A stretch of DNA of 64,000 nucleotides from Armatimonadota bacterium (GTDB lineage: Bacteria > Armatimonadota > SYMT01), in NCBI GenBank assembly GCA_046292385.1, contig JBKBRF010000022.1, positions 47,984 to 111,983 of the forward strand. The letters are read 5' to 3'. Position numbers and translations under genes: made by a program. Each line of letters begins with the position of its first letter. The first letter of the stretch is position 1. Below, piece by piece: positions 39,223 through 50,643 of the stretch. The notes beneath the pieces were generated by a model, which saw nothing but the letters and a program-made list of their open reading frames with translations, was not told the DNA's origin and ran no database searches.

Positions 39223-39771
39223 ATGAACACCCGGCTGAGTAGACTCGGGCTCTATTGTGGGGCGGTAGCCCTGGTGCTGGCACTGCTGCCGTGGCGCCCG
39301 GGGATCGTGCTGGGAGAGAGCATGAGCCCCACGATCCGGAACGGGTCGGTCTACGTGATGGACTGCAGCCCCGCCGCGAAGCAGTCCCTTCAGCGCGGCG
39401 ACGTGGTCGTGTTCCGTGAAGCCGGGGAGACCTACATCAAGCGCATCGCGGCGGTCGGCGGCGACACGATCTACCTGCTCCGATCCCGGGACGAGAGCTT
39501 CAACTACGACGTGGTGATGGACTGGCAGCTCCCCGCCGCCCGGCGGGCTTTCGGCCGGGGGGCGCGGCGACCCGTGGTGCTGGTGGCACGAACGCTGCCG
39601 CCCGGAATGGTCTTCGTCCTGGGCGACAACCTGGCAAACTCGCTCGACAGCCGCTGCCTCGGACCGATCGCGGTCCGGCAGATCGTCGGCAAGATGGTGG
39701 GAGCCCCCGCGGCCACGGAGGAGCTGCGGCACGTGGCGGTACACTCCGGGCCGCTGCCGGATCGGGTGTAG
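39223..39771 (+). CDS. Signal peptidase I (S26), copy 1
   Basis: GESMSPT (Ser), RGDVVVF, YIKRI (Lys) and GDNLANSLDSR. Confidence 0.9.
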   Translation: MNTRLSRLGLYCGAVALVLALLPWRPGIVLGESMSPTIRNGSVYVMDCSPAAKQSLQRGDVVVFREAGETYIKRIAAVGGDTIYLLRSRDESFNYDVVMDWQLPAARRAFGRGARRPVVLVARTLPPGMVFVLGDNLANSLDSRCLGPIAVRQIVGKMVGAPAATEELRHVAVHSGPLPDRV

Positions 39772-39850
39772 CAGTCTTCCGGTCGCCACAGCAAAATCGC
39801 AACGTATTCGCCCAACCAGCTTTCACCCTCCCGGGAGGCGCCGTGCGTCT

Positions 39851-40492
39851 ATGCGACCAGGAGGTTGCGAGATGCTCGGGAGGGTGTGCCGGCGGGCAGG
39901 GTTCGGAACGGCGGTGCCGGTAGGCTTGCCGGTGGTCGGCAAGGGCGCTCCGCGGCGGCGGCTTACCCTGCTCGCGCTCCTGGCGCTGCTCTTCGTGTAC
40001 CACCTCGTCTCTCCGGTAAAGGTAGGGGTGGTGGTGGGCGAAAGCATGCTTCCCTCGCTTCAGAACGGCGGCGTCTACCTGCTCGACCGTACCGCGTACC
40101 GCCACCACGGCGTGGTGCCGGGCGACGTGGTGGTGCTCAACCGGGGCGGTCAGCGCTACGTCAAGCGCGTCATCGCCGTGGGCGGCGAGGTGGTGCACCT
40201 GATGAAGCACCGCGGCAGCGAAGAGTACGACCTCATCCCCGCCAAGCGACTGGAGACGGCGCGGCGGGTAGCCAGTCACCCGCGGTGGAGCGGCACCATG
40301 AAGCTCGTACGCTGGGTTCTGCCGCCGGACACCTGCTTCGTGCTGGGCGACAACTTCATGGACTCGATCGACAGCCGGCACTTCGGCCCCATCACCATCG
40401 ACCAGATCGAGGGCCGGGTCGTGGGCGCGGCGGAGCGCCAGCCGGAGCGCGAGTGGGTCCGCGCCGAGCCGGTCGGGCCGGCGAGCTCCTGA
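39851..40492 (+). CDS. Signal peptidase I (S26), copy 2
   Basis: GESMLPS, GDVVVL, YVKRV and GDNFMDSIDSRHFGP; start uncertain. Confidence 0.9.
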   Translation: MRPGGCEMLGRVCRRAGFGTAVPVGLPVVGKGAPRRRLTLLALLALLFVYHLVSPVKVGVVVGESMLPSLQNGGVYLLDRTAYRHHGVVPGDVVVLNRGGQRYVKRVIAVGGEVVHLMKHRGSEEYDLIPAKRLETARRVASHPRWSGTMKLVRWVLPPDTCFVLGDNFMDSIDSRHFGPITIDQIEGRVVGAAERQPEREWVRAEPVGPASS

Positions 40493-40497
40493 CGCGC

Positions 40498-41496
40498 CTA
40501 CTCCGTCTCGAGCGCCCGGATCTCCTTCTCCACCTCGGAGAGCTGACTGCGGAAGCCGTGCATCTGCGAGCTCATCCGGGTGAGCCGCTCGTCCGCGGGA
40601 GCCCGTGAGGCGGCGGAGGCGGCGGTCATCGACCAGATCACCCCGGCCGCACCGACGGCGAGGGTCGGCAGCAGCGTGACGGGGGCGACGGCGCCGAGTG
40701 CCAGGTGGATCGCGCTGGAGGTGCCCGCCGCCAGCACCAGCGCCGCCCCGCTCTGTGGGCTGCGCACCCAGGAGACCGGCGCGCTGTCCAGGTTCTGACG
40801 CCGCACCTGCAGCAGCCCCTCGAGCTGGCGGGTCTGGCGCTCCAGGGCGGCCCGCTGCATCCGCCGGTCCCGCAGCAGCCGCGCCCGCGCCCGCCACAGC
40901 ACCAGCAGCACCGCATAGAACGGCTGATGCTCCGCGCCGGGCCGCACCGCCAGCGTGCCGAAGGTCCCCAACGTCACGTAGAGCGGCACCGATTCGCCCT
41001 GGCTCGGCAGCGGCAGCGGCACCGACTCCGTAGCCACCGCCAGCGCGCGGCAGCCTGCCGTCTGCTGCAGCAGCGCCTCCAGGGTCGGGTGCAGGCGCGA
41101 CTGGTCCGAAACCGGCGCCAGCTCCGGTGCGGGAACGCCGGGACAGTCCCACGCCTCCAGCGCTGCCTTCAGCAGGCGCTCGCGAGTCTCGCGCCCGGCC
41201 GCGTCCCACGCCTGCCGGAGGTAACACGCCAGGATGGCGCGCTCCCGCTGGGCCAGCGCGCCGCCGCCGGGCACCAGCGGGGCCATGCCAAGCTTGCGTC
41301 CCAGCTGGTCCAGCAGCGCGTCGTGAGTGGTGATCGGGAAGATGCCCCAGAGGTAGGTGCCGGTCGCCTTTCCGAGGGCGCGGACCACCTCCTCGGGCGC
41401 GGCACCCGGCCGCGCGCCGCAGGCGGTCGTCACCTGGCGCATCTCCGTCGCCGTAAGCTGGCGCAGCACGCGCAGCATGTCGTTCGGCTGGCTCAT
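40498..41496 (-). CDS. Hypothetical membrane protein with coiled coils
   Basis: GC3-biased ORF with a C-terminal hydrophobic hairpin flanked by coiled coils. Confidence 0.65.
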   Translation of the reverse strand: MSQPNDMLRVLRQLTATEMRQVTTACGARPGAAPEEVVRALGKATGTYLWGIFPITTHDALLDQLGRKLGMAPLVPGGGALAQRERAILACYLRQAWDAAGRETRERLLKAALEAWDCPGVPAPELAPVSDQSRLHPTLEALLQQTAGCRALAVATESVPLPLPSQGESVPLYVTLGTFGTLAVRPGAEHQPFYAVLLVLWRARARLLRDRRMQRAALERQTRQLEGLLQVRRQNLDSAPVSWVRSPQSGAALVLAAGTSSAIHLALGAVAPVTLLPTLAVGAAGVIWSMTAASAASRAPADERLTRMSSQMHGFRSQLSEVEKEIRALETE

Positions 41497-41686
41497 CCCG
41501 CTCGTCCCCCGGCCCACACCCGACTCACCTCATTATGAACGTAGATGACGCGTCCACGGTTCGCGCCGGTTCCGCCACTCGAACCGGACTCACCACGGAG
41601 AGCGCTGAGGATGCGGAGAGGAACCTAAAGGCAGAGAGAACAGGTCTGCGCACCAAGCACCGTTCGCCGCCAGAGCGCGTTCGAGC

Positions 41687-41821
41687 TTCATCCCTCATCC
41701 CTCATCGTTCATCCCTCATCCCTCATCGTTCATCCCTCATCGTTCATCCCTCATCGTTCATCCTTTATCGTTCATCCTTTATCGTTCATCCTTTATCGTT
41801 CATCCCTCATCGTTCATCCCT
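41687..41821 (+). repeat. Tandem heptamer array (TCATCCC/TCATCGT/TTATCGT)
   Basis: About 19 consecutive 7-nt units; shorter arrays of the same family at 35252-35290 and 47320-47349. Confidence 0.9.
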
Positions 41822-41887
41822 CCGAGGACGGATTGCCGATCGCGCCGAACCGCTTCCGAGGGAGCGCCCGTCCGCCGGGCGGAAAGG

Positions 41888-43576
41888 ATGGACGGCGTGG
41901 AGTCGACGGGGACTACCATCGGAATTCTGCTGGCCGGCGTCGCCGTGGTGGTGGGGGGAGTGCTGCTCCTCCGTCTCCACGCGTTCCTGGCGCTGCTGCT
42001 CGGCGCGCTGCTGGTGGGAGCGCTCACCCCGCCGGGAGCGGTGGAGCGGTTCGCGCTGGAGAAGGACGCCCTGAAGATCCTGGGCACCGACCCCGGAGCA
42101 CGCTCCGTCACGCTGCCCGCCGCAGATCCCCAGGCAATCCCGGTCGGCACTCCGTTCCTGCTGGTCCGCCGGAGTTCCGCGACCGGTCGCTACGAGGCGG
42201 TGGCGCGGCTCGCGGTGGAGCGACACGTCAGCGACGGAGCTGGCAAGACCGGGGCGGTGGCGCGGATCGAGGGAGACGGCGTGCTCCCCGCGCCGCGCGA
42301 CCTGGTGGTGCCCCCCTACGCCCTGGCCCGCGCCCGCAAGGCGGTCGACCAATCGGTCGGCGAGCGCGTCGCGGCCGGCTTCGGCGGCACGGCCACGAGT
42401 ATCGGCATCCTGATCGCCATGGCCTCCATCGTGGGCCTCTGCTTGCTGCAGAGCGGCGCCGCCGACCGCATCGTCCGCACCGCGCTGCGGCTTACCGGCG
42501 AGGCGGGAGCGCCGCTCGCGTTCCTCCTCAGCGGCTTCCTGCTCGGCGTGCCGGTCTTCTTCGATACCGTCTTCTACCTGATGATCCCCCTGGGTAAAGC
42601 GCTCGGGATGCGGACCGGCCGCTGTTACCTCTTCTACGTCCTCACCATCGTCGCGGGCGGCACGATGGCGCACTCCCTTGTGCCCCCCACCCCCGGGCCG
42701 CTTTTCGTGGCGGAGCAGCTCAACGTCAGCATCGGGGCGATGATGGTGGCGGGGACGGTGGTCGGTCTCGCCTCCAGCGCCTTCGGCTACTTCTTCGCTA
42801 GGCTCGCCAACGAGCGCTGGCCGGTGCCGCTCCGCGACTCCCTGGAGATGCCGCTGGAGCAGCTCCAGGCCCTCTCGAAGCGCGCGGAGCACGAGCTGCC
42901 GCCGTTCTGGCTGGCGGTAATCCCGATCGTGCTGCCGGTGGTGCTGCTCGGCGGATCCGCGATGGCGGAGGCGGCCGGCTGGGAGCCGTCCGCGCCGCTG
43001 CGGCCGTGGGTGCAGGCCGGCTCCGATAAGAACATCGCGCTCGCGCTCGCCGCCCTGATCGCCCTGCTGACGCTGGCCTGGCAGCGCCGGCCTTCCCGTG
43101 AGGAGCTCTCGGAGTCGGTCCGAGGCGCGGTGACCAGCGCCGGGGAGATCATTCTGATCACCGCCGCGGGCGGCGCCTTTGGAGCGGTGCTGCAGCAGAC
43201 CGGCGTGGCCGGGCTCGTCTCGGAGCTGCCGCGCAGCTCTCCCGCGGTGCTGCTGACCCTGGCGTTCCTGATCACCACGGCGATCCGCACCGCCCAGGGC
43301 TCCGCCACCGTCGCCATGATCACCGCCGTCGGCGTGCTCTCCGGCCTCGCCGCGGACGGGCTCGGCTTCCACCCGGTCTACCTGGCGCTGGCGATCGGCT
43401 GCGGCTCCAAGCCGATTGCCTGGATGAACGACAGCGGCTTCTGGGTCATCACCCGCATGAGCGGCATGACCGAGGCGGAGAGCCTGCGCTCCGTCACGCC
43501 GATGACCGCCCTGATGGGCGTGGTCGGGCTGCTCGTCACCCTCGTCCTCGCCACCCTCTTCCCGACGCCGTTTTAG
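41888..43576 (+). CDS. GntP-family (gluconate/organic acid:H+) permease with inserted soluble domain
   Basis: LHAFLALL, SGAADRI, VPVFFD, VPPTPGP, AQGSATVAMITA and NDSGFW. Confidence 0.9.
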   Translation: MDGVESTGTTIGILLAGVAVVVGGVLLLRLHAFLALLLGALLVGALTPPGAVERFALEKDALKILGTDPGARSVTLPAADPQAIPVGTPFLLVRRSSATGRYEAVARLAVERHVSDGAGKTGAVARIEGDGVLPAPRDLVVPPYALARARKAVDQSVGERVAAGFGGTATSIGILIAMASIVGLCLLQSGAADRIVRTALRLTGEAGAPLAFLLSGFLLGVPVFFDTVFYLMIPLGKALGMRTGRCYLFYVLTIVAGGTMAHSLVPPTPGPLFVAEQLNVSIGAMMVAGTVVGLASSAFGYFFARLANERWPVPLRDSLEMPLEQLQALSKRAEHELPPFWLAVIPIVLPVVLLGGSAMAEAAGWEPSAPLRPWVQAGSDKNIALALAALIALLTLAWQRRPSREELSESVRGAVTSAGEIILITAAGGAFGAVLQQTGVAGLVSELPRSSPAVLLTLAFLITTAIRTAQGSATVAMITAVGVLSGLAADGLGFHPVYLALAIGCGSKPIAWMNDSGFWVITRMSGMTEAESLRSVTPMTALMGVVGLLVTLVLATLFPTPF

Positions 43577-43633
43577 GGACCGCTGCCCCGCGGGTAGGTC
43601 CCATGCAGCGGCGAGCCAGGAAGTGAGGCGGGC

Positions 43634-43903
43634 ATGGGGATCCGAGAGACGCTGGAGCGAGTAGCCGAGGCGGTGACGCGCCACGAGCACGGAGAGGTGG
43701 GAGACGGGGAGCGGGAAGCCGACGCTGGCGCACGCGAGATCGATCCGACCGCCGGGACGGCCCGGTTCGGCGTGCTGCCGCTCTCCAGCCCGCCGGTTGA
43801 CCCCAGCCTGGAGGAGAGCCGGGAGACGGTGCTCCCGGCCAGCGAGAATCCCCAGGGAATGGATCGAGACGCCGACGGCTTCCCTCGATCCGAAGGAGGC
43901 TAG
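43634..43903 (+). CDS. Small acidic hypothetical protein
   Basis: GAGG RBS plus ATG; 89 aa; no recognisable motif. Confidence 0.45.
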   Translation: MGIRETLERVAEAVTRHEHGEVGDGEREADAGAREIDPTAGTARFGVLPLSSPPVDPSLEESRETVLPASENPQGMDRDADGFPRSEGG

Positions 43904-43941
43904 CAGGCTCGCGGCCTGCCAGCCATTCGCCAGCGCATCGA

Positions 43942-44964
43942 TCAGCTTCTCGAGCCGACCGACGCCTTCACGATCTGCGGAGCGGCGGGCACCAGCGTGG
44001 CCGCCTGCTTCTGGTACTTCTGGTCCGAGTCGTAGACCACGAAGAGGTTGGTGAGCGGCCGGCCCGGCACCACGCGGGTCTTCCCCTGGTGGTAGAGACC
44101 GGTCGAGTCCCCGCCGTCCAGCGCCATCGCGTCGACCGCTCCCAGGCTCCGCATCACGCTCGCCAGCTCCCGCAGCAGGAGCGGACGCTGCACCGCCACC
44201 AACAGCAGCTTGCCCTGCTTCGTGAGGCCCAGCGCGGCGCGCTTCTTGCGGCGGAAGACCGCCGGGTCGCGGAAGCCCTCTGCTTCCGGAGCCAGGCTCC
44301 GCTTTCCGTCCGTGAGCAGGCGCGGACCGGCACGAAGCATCGTCTCCGCCTGGGCGCCGGTGTAGGTGCGGCCCGGTCGCCACGTCTCGATCTTCGCCCC
44401 GCGGTCCGGGTGATAGGTGAAGACGGTGCCGACGAACCCCTGGTGGATCATCTGGCCGCCGACGACGATACTGCCCACCGGCACCGCCGAGGTGGTGCAG
44501 AAGTAGGTCCCGGTGATCGCCGCGACCGGCCGGGTGCGGCTGATCATGGACGACCACGTATCGCGATACCCGATGCCGTACTTGCTCGTCGCGATACCGA
44601 GGTGCACTTCCGGCCGCCGCAGGTCGGCGTGCACCACGTGGACCGGCACCCCGGCGGCCCAGCGCTTCTGGTACACCACCGCCGGCTGCGGCTTGACGGG
44701 CCGGGACGGCTTCTTCGCGACGTTCGGCTTCTTCGCGACGTTCGGCTTCTTGTCCGGTGCGGGCTTCGAGCTCGCCGGAGCGGTCTTCGCTGCTTTGGGT
44801 GCCGGCTTTGCCTTCGCGGGGGGCGAGTCGGCCCGGGCAGACGGGGAAGCCGTGATCTGCCGCAGCAGCGCGCGCCCCTGGGGAGAGAGGATATATCCAG
44901 TCGGAAGCGCCAGCGCGGCAAGCGCCAGCGCCTTCGCGATGAGAGAGCAGTTTGAGTACCGCAT
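43942..44964 (-). CDS. Phosphodiester glycosidase (NAGPA/DUF2233) family exported protein
   Basis: AAITGTYF, AGPRLL, RAALG and AMALDGGDST; Lys/Pro-rich linker. Confidence 0.85.
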   Translation of the reverse strand: MRYSNCSLIAKALALAALALPTGYILSPQGRALLRQITASPSARADSPPAKAKPAPKAAKTAPASSKPAPDKKPNVAKKPNVAKKPSRPVKPQPAVVYQKRWAAGVPVHVVHADLRRPEVHLGIATSKYGIGYRDTWSSMISRTRPVAAITGTYFCTTSAVPVGSIVVGGQMIHQGFVGTVFTYHPDRGAKIETWRPGRTYTGAQAETMLRAGPRLLTDGKRSLAPEAEGFRDPAVFRRKKRAALGLTKQGKLLLVAVQRPLLLRELASVMRSLGAVDAMALDGGDSTGLYHQGKTRVVPGRPLTNLFVVYDSDQKYQKQAATLVPAAPQIVKASVGSRS

Positions 44965-45063
44965 CGAGCCTCCGGACCAGGTAAATCCGGGCTCTCTACG
45001 GTAAGGGGACGGCAGAGGAAGTGCAGCCGAGCGCCGCACCCTACCGGATGGTAAGCTGCGGTC

Positions 45064-45189
45064 TCTCTTCTCTTCCGTGCCTGCGAGGTTAGCTGACGGG
45101 CTCGAGCAGAAGAGTACTCGTCCACCGGCAAGCCGGCAGATACGCCCCAGGGTTGGTTCCCCCGCCTCCCTACCGGGAGCTCGGCGCCT
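45064..45189 (-). ncRNA. Cyclic di-AMP riboswitch (ydaO-yuaA)
   Basis: Minus strand reads GCGCCGAGCUCCCGGUAGGGAGGCGGGGGAACCAACCCUGGGGCGUAUC...CGAGUACUCUUCUGCUCGAGCCCGUCAGCUAACCUCGCAGGC...GAAGAG. This has the ydaO hallmarks GGGGGAACCA, UGGGG and CCCGUCAGCUAACCUCG, plus the CUCUUC/GAAGAG pseudoknot. Confidence 0.9.
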
Positions 45190-45400
45190 GGTTGTAAACC
45201 GGGCACGGCTGGCCGCCGCGTCCGGGCTATCGTATCCTGATGGTTGACACTATCTTAGACGCGAAAACGCCTCCCTGCGTTCCTACCTTCCCTCAGGCCG
45301 CCGCTCGGGCCGCTATCCGTACCGATCCGGGATGTCCCTCGTTCATGTGTGAGGGCCCGGCGAGTGGTAGTGCCGGAGCCTTGCGAGGAGGAGCCAAGCC

Positions 45401-46003
45401 ATGACCGTGGAAGACGTGCTTCAATGGGCCATCCCGGATCCCAGCCTCTGCCGGGAGCGGGCCGACCTGCTGCGGGCGGAGCACCCCGGCTACACCGACG
45501 AGCAGCTCGCGTGGGTGGCCGTGAAGGCGACCCGCCGCTGGGCCGTCCTGGCCGGCGCTGCCTCCGGGGCGGTGGCCAACCCGCTGATCATGGCGCCCGC
45601 CTCGATGGCGGAAGTCGGCTACGTCCTGCGGGAAGAAGGCAAGCTGGCCGGGGTGATCGCGGCGATCATGGACCCGGACAGCCTGAGAGAGATCGACACC
45701 TTCCACGGCGACATCCTGAGCGTCCTCTTCCCCGGCGCCGTCAGCCAGCTCCTGCAGCAGCTCGGCGTACGCGGAGGACAGGTCGGCACGAAGACGCTCA
45801 TCCGCAACGTCCTGAGCAAGGGCCTGATCCGGCAGCTCCTCCGGCTCGCCGCCCGCTTCCTCAAGATCCGCATCACGCAGAAGGCGATCGCCTCCAAGAT
45901 GCTCCCGGTCATCGGCGGCGGCATCGGCGCCGCGTGGAACTGGAACGAAGTGCAGTCGGTCGGCCGCCGCGCCATCCGCTACCACCGCCGGCGTCGAGTG
46001 TAG
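45401..46003 (+). CDS. EcsC-like protein
   Basis: GAASGA and KMLPVIGGGIGAAWNWNEVQSVGRRA pattern; strong RBS. Confidence 0.7.
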   Translation: MTVEDVLQWAIPDPSLCRERADLLRAEHPGYTDEQLAWVAVKATRRWAVLAGAASGAVANPLIMAPASMAEVGYVLREEGKLAGVIAAIMDPDSLREIDTFHGDILSVLFPGAVSQLLQQLGVRGGQVGTKTLIRNVLSKGLIRQLLRLAARFLKIRITQKAIASKMLPVIGGGIGAAWNWNEVQSVGRRAIRYHRRRRV

Positions 46004-46238
46004 CGGGAGGCGGGCCGGGCGGTTAAGCGAGCCGGGCGGTTAATGAGAGTCTGCGGTTCACTCTTCGACGGCAGGCCCCACCTGTCGCCAACAGGGCGTC
46101 CGGAGGACGCTTGGCCGAAGGCCGACGAGCGAGGTATTTTAATGCCTCGCGGCCCCGCGAGCGTCTGACCCCACTTCGTGCCTTGGTTGCCGCGGTTTCA
46201 ACCGCCCGACCACCCGACCCTACCCTCACTCTCTGGAA

Positions 46239-47249
46239 ATGCACGTTCTCCTCATCGGCGGCACCCGCTTTGTCGGCTACTTCCTCACCTGGCGCCTGCT
46301 CGCGGGCGGACACCGGGTGACGCTGCTCAACCGCGGCACCCTGGCGGACCCGTTTGGGGAGCGCGTGGAGCGGCTGCACGTCGACCGCCGCAGTCCCGCC
46401 TTTGCCGGGGCGCTGGCGGGGCGCAGCTTCGACGCGGTGGTCGACTTCGCCGCGTACGACGCCGCCGACGCCCGGGGGGCGGTCGAGGCGCTCCGCGGGC
46501 GCGTGGGGCACTACCTCTTCATCAGCACGGGGCAGGTCTACCTGGTGCGCCAGGGAGCGCCGCGGCCGGCGCGGGAGGCGGATTACGACGGACCCCTGCT
46601 CCCGGAGCCGGCCGATCCGAGAGATCGCGACGGCTGGATTTACGGGGTGGAGAAGCGCGCGGCGGAGGAGTTGCTCGCCGCGGCGTGGGAGGAGCACCAG
46701 TTCCCCGCCACGCGGCTGCGCATCCCGATGGTCAACGGGGAGCGCGACTACTACCGCCGGATCGAGAGCTACCTCTGGCGGCTGTTGGATGGCGGCCCGG
46801 TGCTGCTCCCGGATGGCGGCACGCAGGTCTGCCGGCACGTCTACGGCCAGGAGGTGGCGCGCCTGGCGGCGGGCATCCTCGGCAGTCCGCGCACCTTCGG
46901 CCAGGCGTACAACCTCTGCCAGCAGGAGGAAGTGACCGTCGCCGAGGCGGTCCGGCTCCTCGCCGAGATCCTCGGATCGAGCGCGCCGCTCGTGCCGATC
47001 CCCGCGGAGCAGCTCCGCGGAGCGGGAATCGAGCCGGTGGAGATCTCCCCCTTCAGCGGGCGCTGGATGTCCCACCTCGACCCTACCCGCGCGCAGCAGG
47101 AGCTCGGGTTCACCCACCGTCCGCTCCGCTCCTACTACGAGTCGATCGTCAGCAGCTTCCTCGCCCACCCACCCTCCGATCGCCCCGCCGGCTACGCGCA
47201 CCGGGCGACGGAGCTGGCACTGCTCCAGGGGCTAGGGGCTAGGGGCTAG
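46239..47249 (+). CDS. NAD-dependent epimerase/dehydratase (atypical SDR)
   Basis: GGTRFVG, NRG, ISTGQVY and YGVEK. Confidence 0.88.
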   Translation: MHVLLIGGTRFVGYFLTWRLLAGGHRVTLLNRGTLADPFGERVERLHVDRRSPAFAGALAGRSFDAVVDFAAYDAADARGAVEALRGRVGHYLFISTGQVYLVRQGAPRPAREADYDGPLLPEPADPRDRDGWIYGVEKRAAEELLAAAWEEHQFPATRLRIPMVNGERDYYRRIESYLWRLLDGGPVLLPDGGTQVCRHVYGQEVARLAAGILGSPRTFGQAYNLCQQEEVTVAEAVRLLAEILGSSAPLVPIPAEQLRGAGIEPVEISPFSGRWMSHLDPTRAQQELGFTHRPLRSYYESIVSSFLAHPPSDRPAGYAHRATELALLQGLGARG

Positions 47250-47426
47250 GGTGTAAGGTGTCGAGCTCGAAAGGCGGCCGGTGCTTGCCGAGGGCAGAGT
47301 CGACCTCGGGAGGTGCGGTTTCATCCCTCATCCCTCCGCCCTCATCCTTTCTTGACACCCCCCGGGGCCGATGGTAAGGTGGCCGCACTCGTAGTACCGT
47401 TCGATTCCATAGCAGGAGGCCCCGCC

Positions 47427-49352
<1,926 letters not shown>

Positions 49353-49515
49353 CGGACGGTTGCAGGTTAGCAGGTCGGCAGGTTACAGGTTAGCTCGCCG
49401 TCGAGCGGGTTCGGAACCTGCAAACCTGCAACCTGCAAACATGACAACCAGGCAGTCGCGTTGGGCTGAATAAGCTGGACGAGTCCGGCCATACTATAGG
49501 TGCAGAAGGGCGATC

Positions 49516-50184
49516 GTGGAGCGAATCCTCTTTCGGTTCACCAAGGGAGAACCGGTCCGGCACGTCGGCCACCTCGATCTCATGCGAGTGGTAGAGCGCG
49601 CGATGCGCAGGGCCCGCTTCCCGGTTGCCTACTCGGAGGGGTTCAATCCGCGGCCCCGGATGGCGTTCGCCTCCGCCCTTACCCTGGGCGCCACCAGCCA
49701 GTACGAGCTCTGTCAGCTCGATCTGGCGGAGGAGGTTGGCGAAGACCGCCTGAACGAGGCTGTGTCGGCGCTCCGCGCCCAGATGCCGGCGGGAATTACG
49801 GTCGAAGAGGTATGGGCCGTACCGCTGGAGAAGCGGAGTCCGTATATACAAGCGGTGGCGGCCGAGTACCGCCTTACCCTGGCGGGTGAGGACGCGGCGG
49901 ACCGCACGCAACGGTTTTTGTCCGAGAATCCGGAGCGCTTCTCCCACCCCTACCGGGTGGAGGCGCAGCCGGATGAAGCATGGTTGACGATCAGGCTGCC
50001 GGTCGGCGAGCGCGGCGGCGTCCGGATCCGCGATGTAGTGGCGGAGCTGGAGCAGGCGCTGCCGGGCATCGAGGTGACGCGGCTCTGCCGCACCCGCCTC
50101 TGGTGCGAGCGAGAGCCGGGACCGGAGCTTCAGGTTAGGGCTCGTGAGAACGGGCCCACAGCGCTCCCTCACGAGCGCGTTTGA
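49516..50184 (+). CDS. TIGR03936-type radical SAM-associated protein (DUF2344)
   Basis: GHLDLMR...RAMRRA...YSEGFNPRP; canonical neighbour of the radical SAM gene. Confidence 0.88.
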   Translation: MERILFRFTKGEPVRHVGHLDLMRVVERAMRRARFPVAYSEGFNPRPRMAFASALTLGATSQYELCQLDLAEEVGEDRLNEAVSALRAQMPAGITVEEVWAVPLEKRSPYIQAVAAEYRLTLAGEDAADRTQRFLSENPERFSHPYRVEAQPDEAWLTIRLPVGERGGVRIRDVVAELEQALPGIEVTRLCRTRLWCEREPGPELQVRARENGPTALPHERV

Positions 50185-50643
50185 TTTTGGAAAGCAAGGC
50201 GACGTTGACGCCTGGGCGAGAGATTTTTGACTTGCTGATCCCGCGAACGACCGCCGGCGCGTCCTCTAGCGACGCGCTCGCGCCGGTCCGCGGGACTCTT
50301 CACGTCTGCGCGATGGGGAGCCTGCGCCACCCGGTGTCTCTGCACCGGGAGGAGCGCGGGTGGGACCATCGTCCTTTCGCCGCGGATAGATCGCTGCGTG
50401 AGTGCCGCCCCCAACGGCGGCGCTCTGGGAAACCGCTCCAGGATTCGGAAGATCGAAGCCGGGGGGCTCGCTCCAGAAGGGCAGAGTCCGCCGGCCCCAG
50501 TGATTCCAGCGGGGCTCCACCGGGGTCCTGCCTGCTGCGCTGCTCCTGGTAGGCTGGCCCGGCTTTACGCCGTGGGCAGCCGCCGCGATCCGGTCCGCAC
50601 CGGCACGCGCCTCGCTTTCCGTTACACGGAAAACGAGGGTTCT

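Noticed and set aside
41687..41821. Possible CRISPR array
   Set aside because: Contiguous 7-nt units with no unique spacers and no cas genes.
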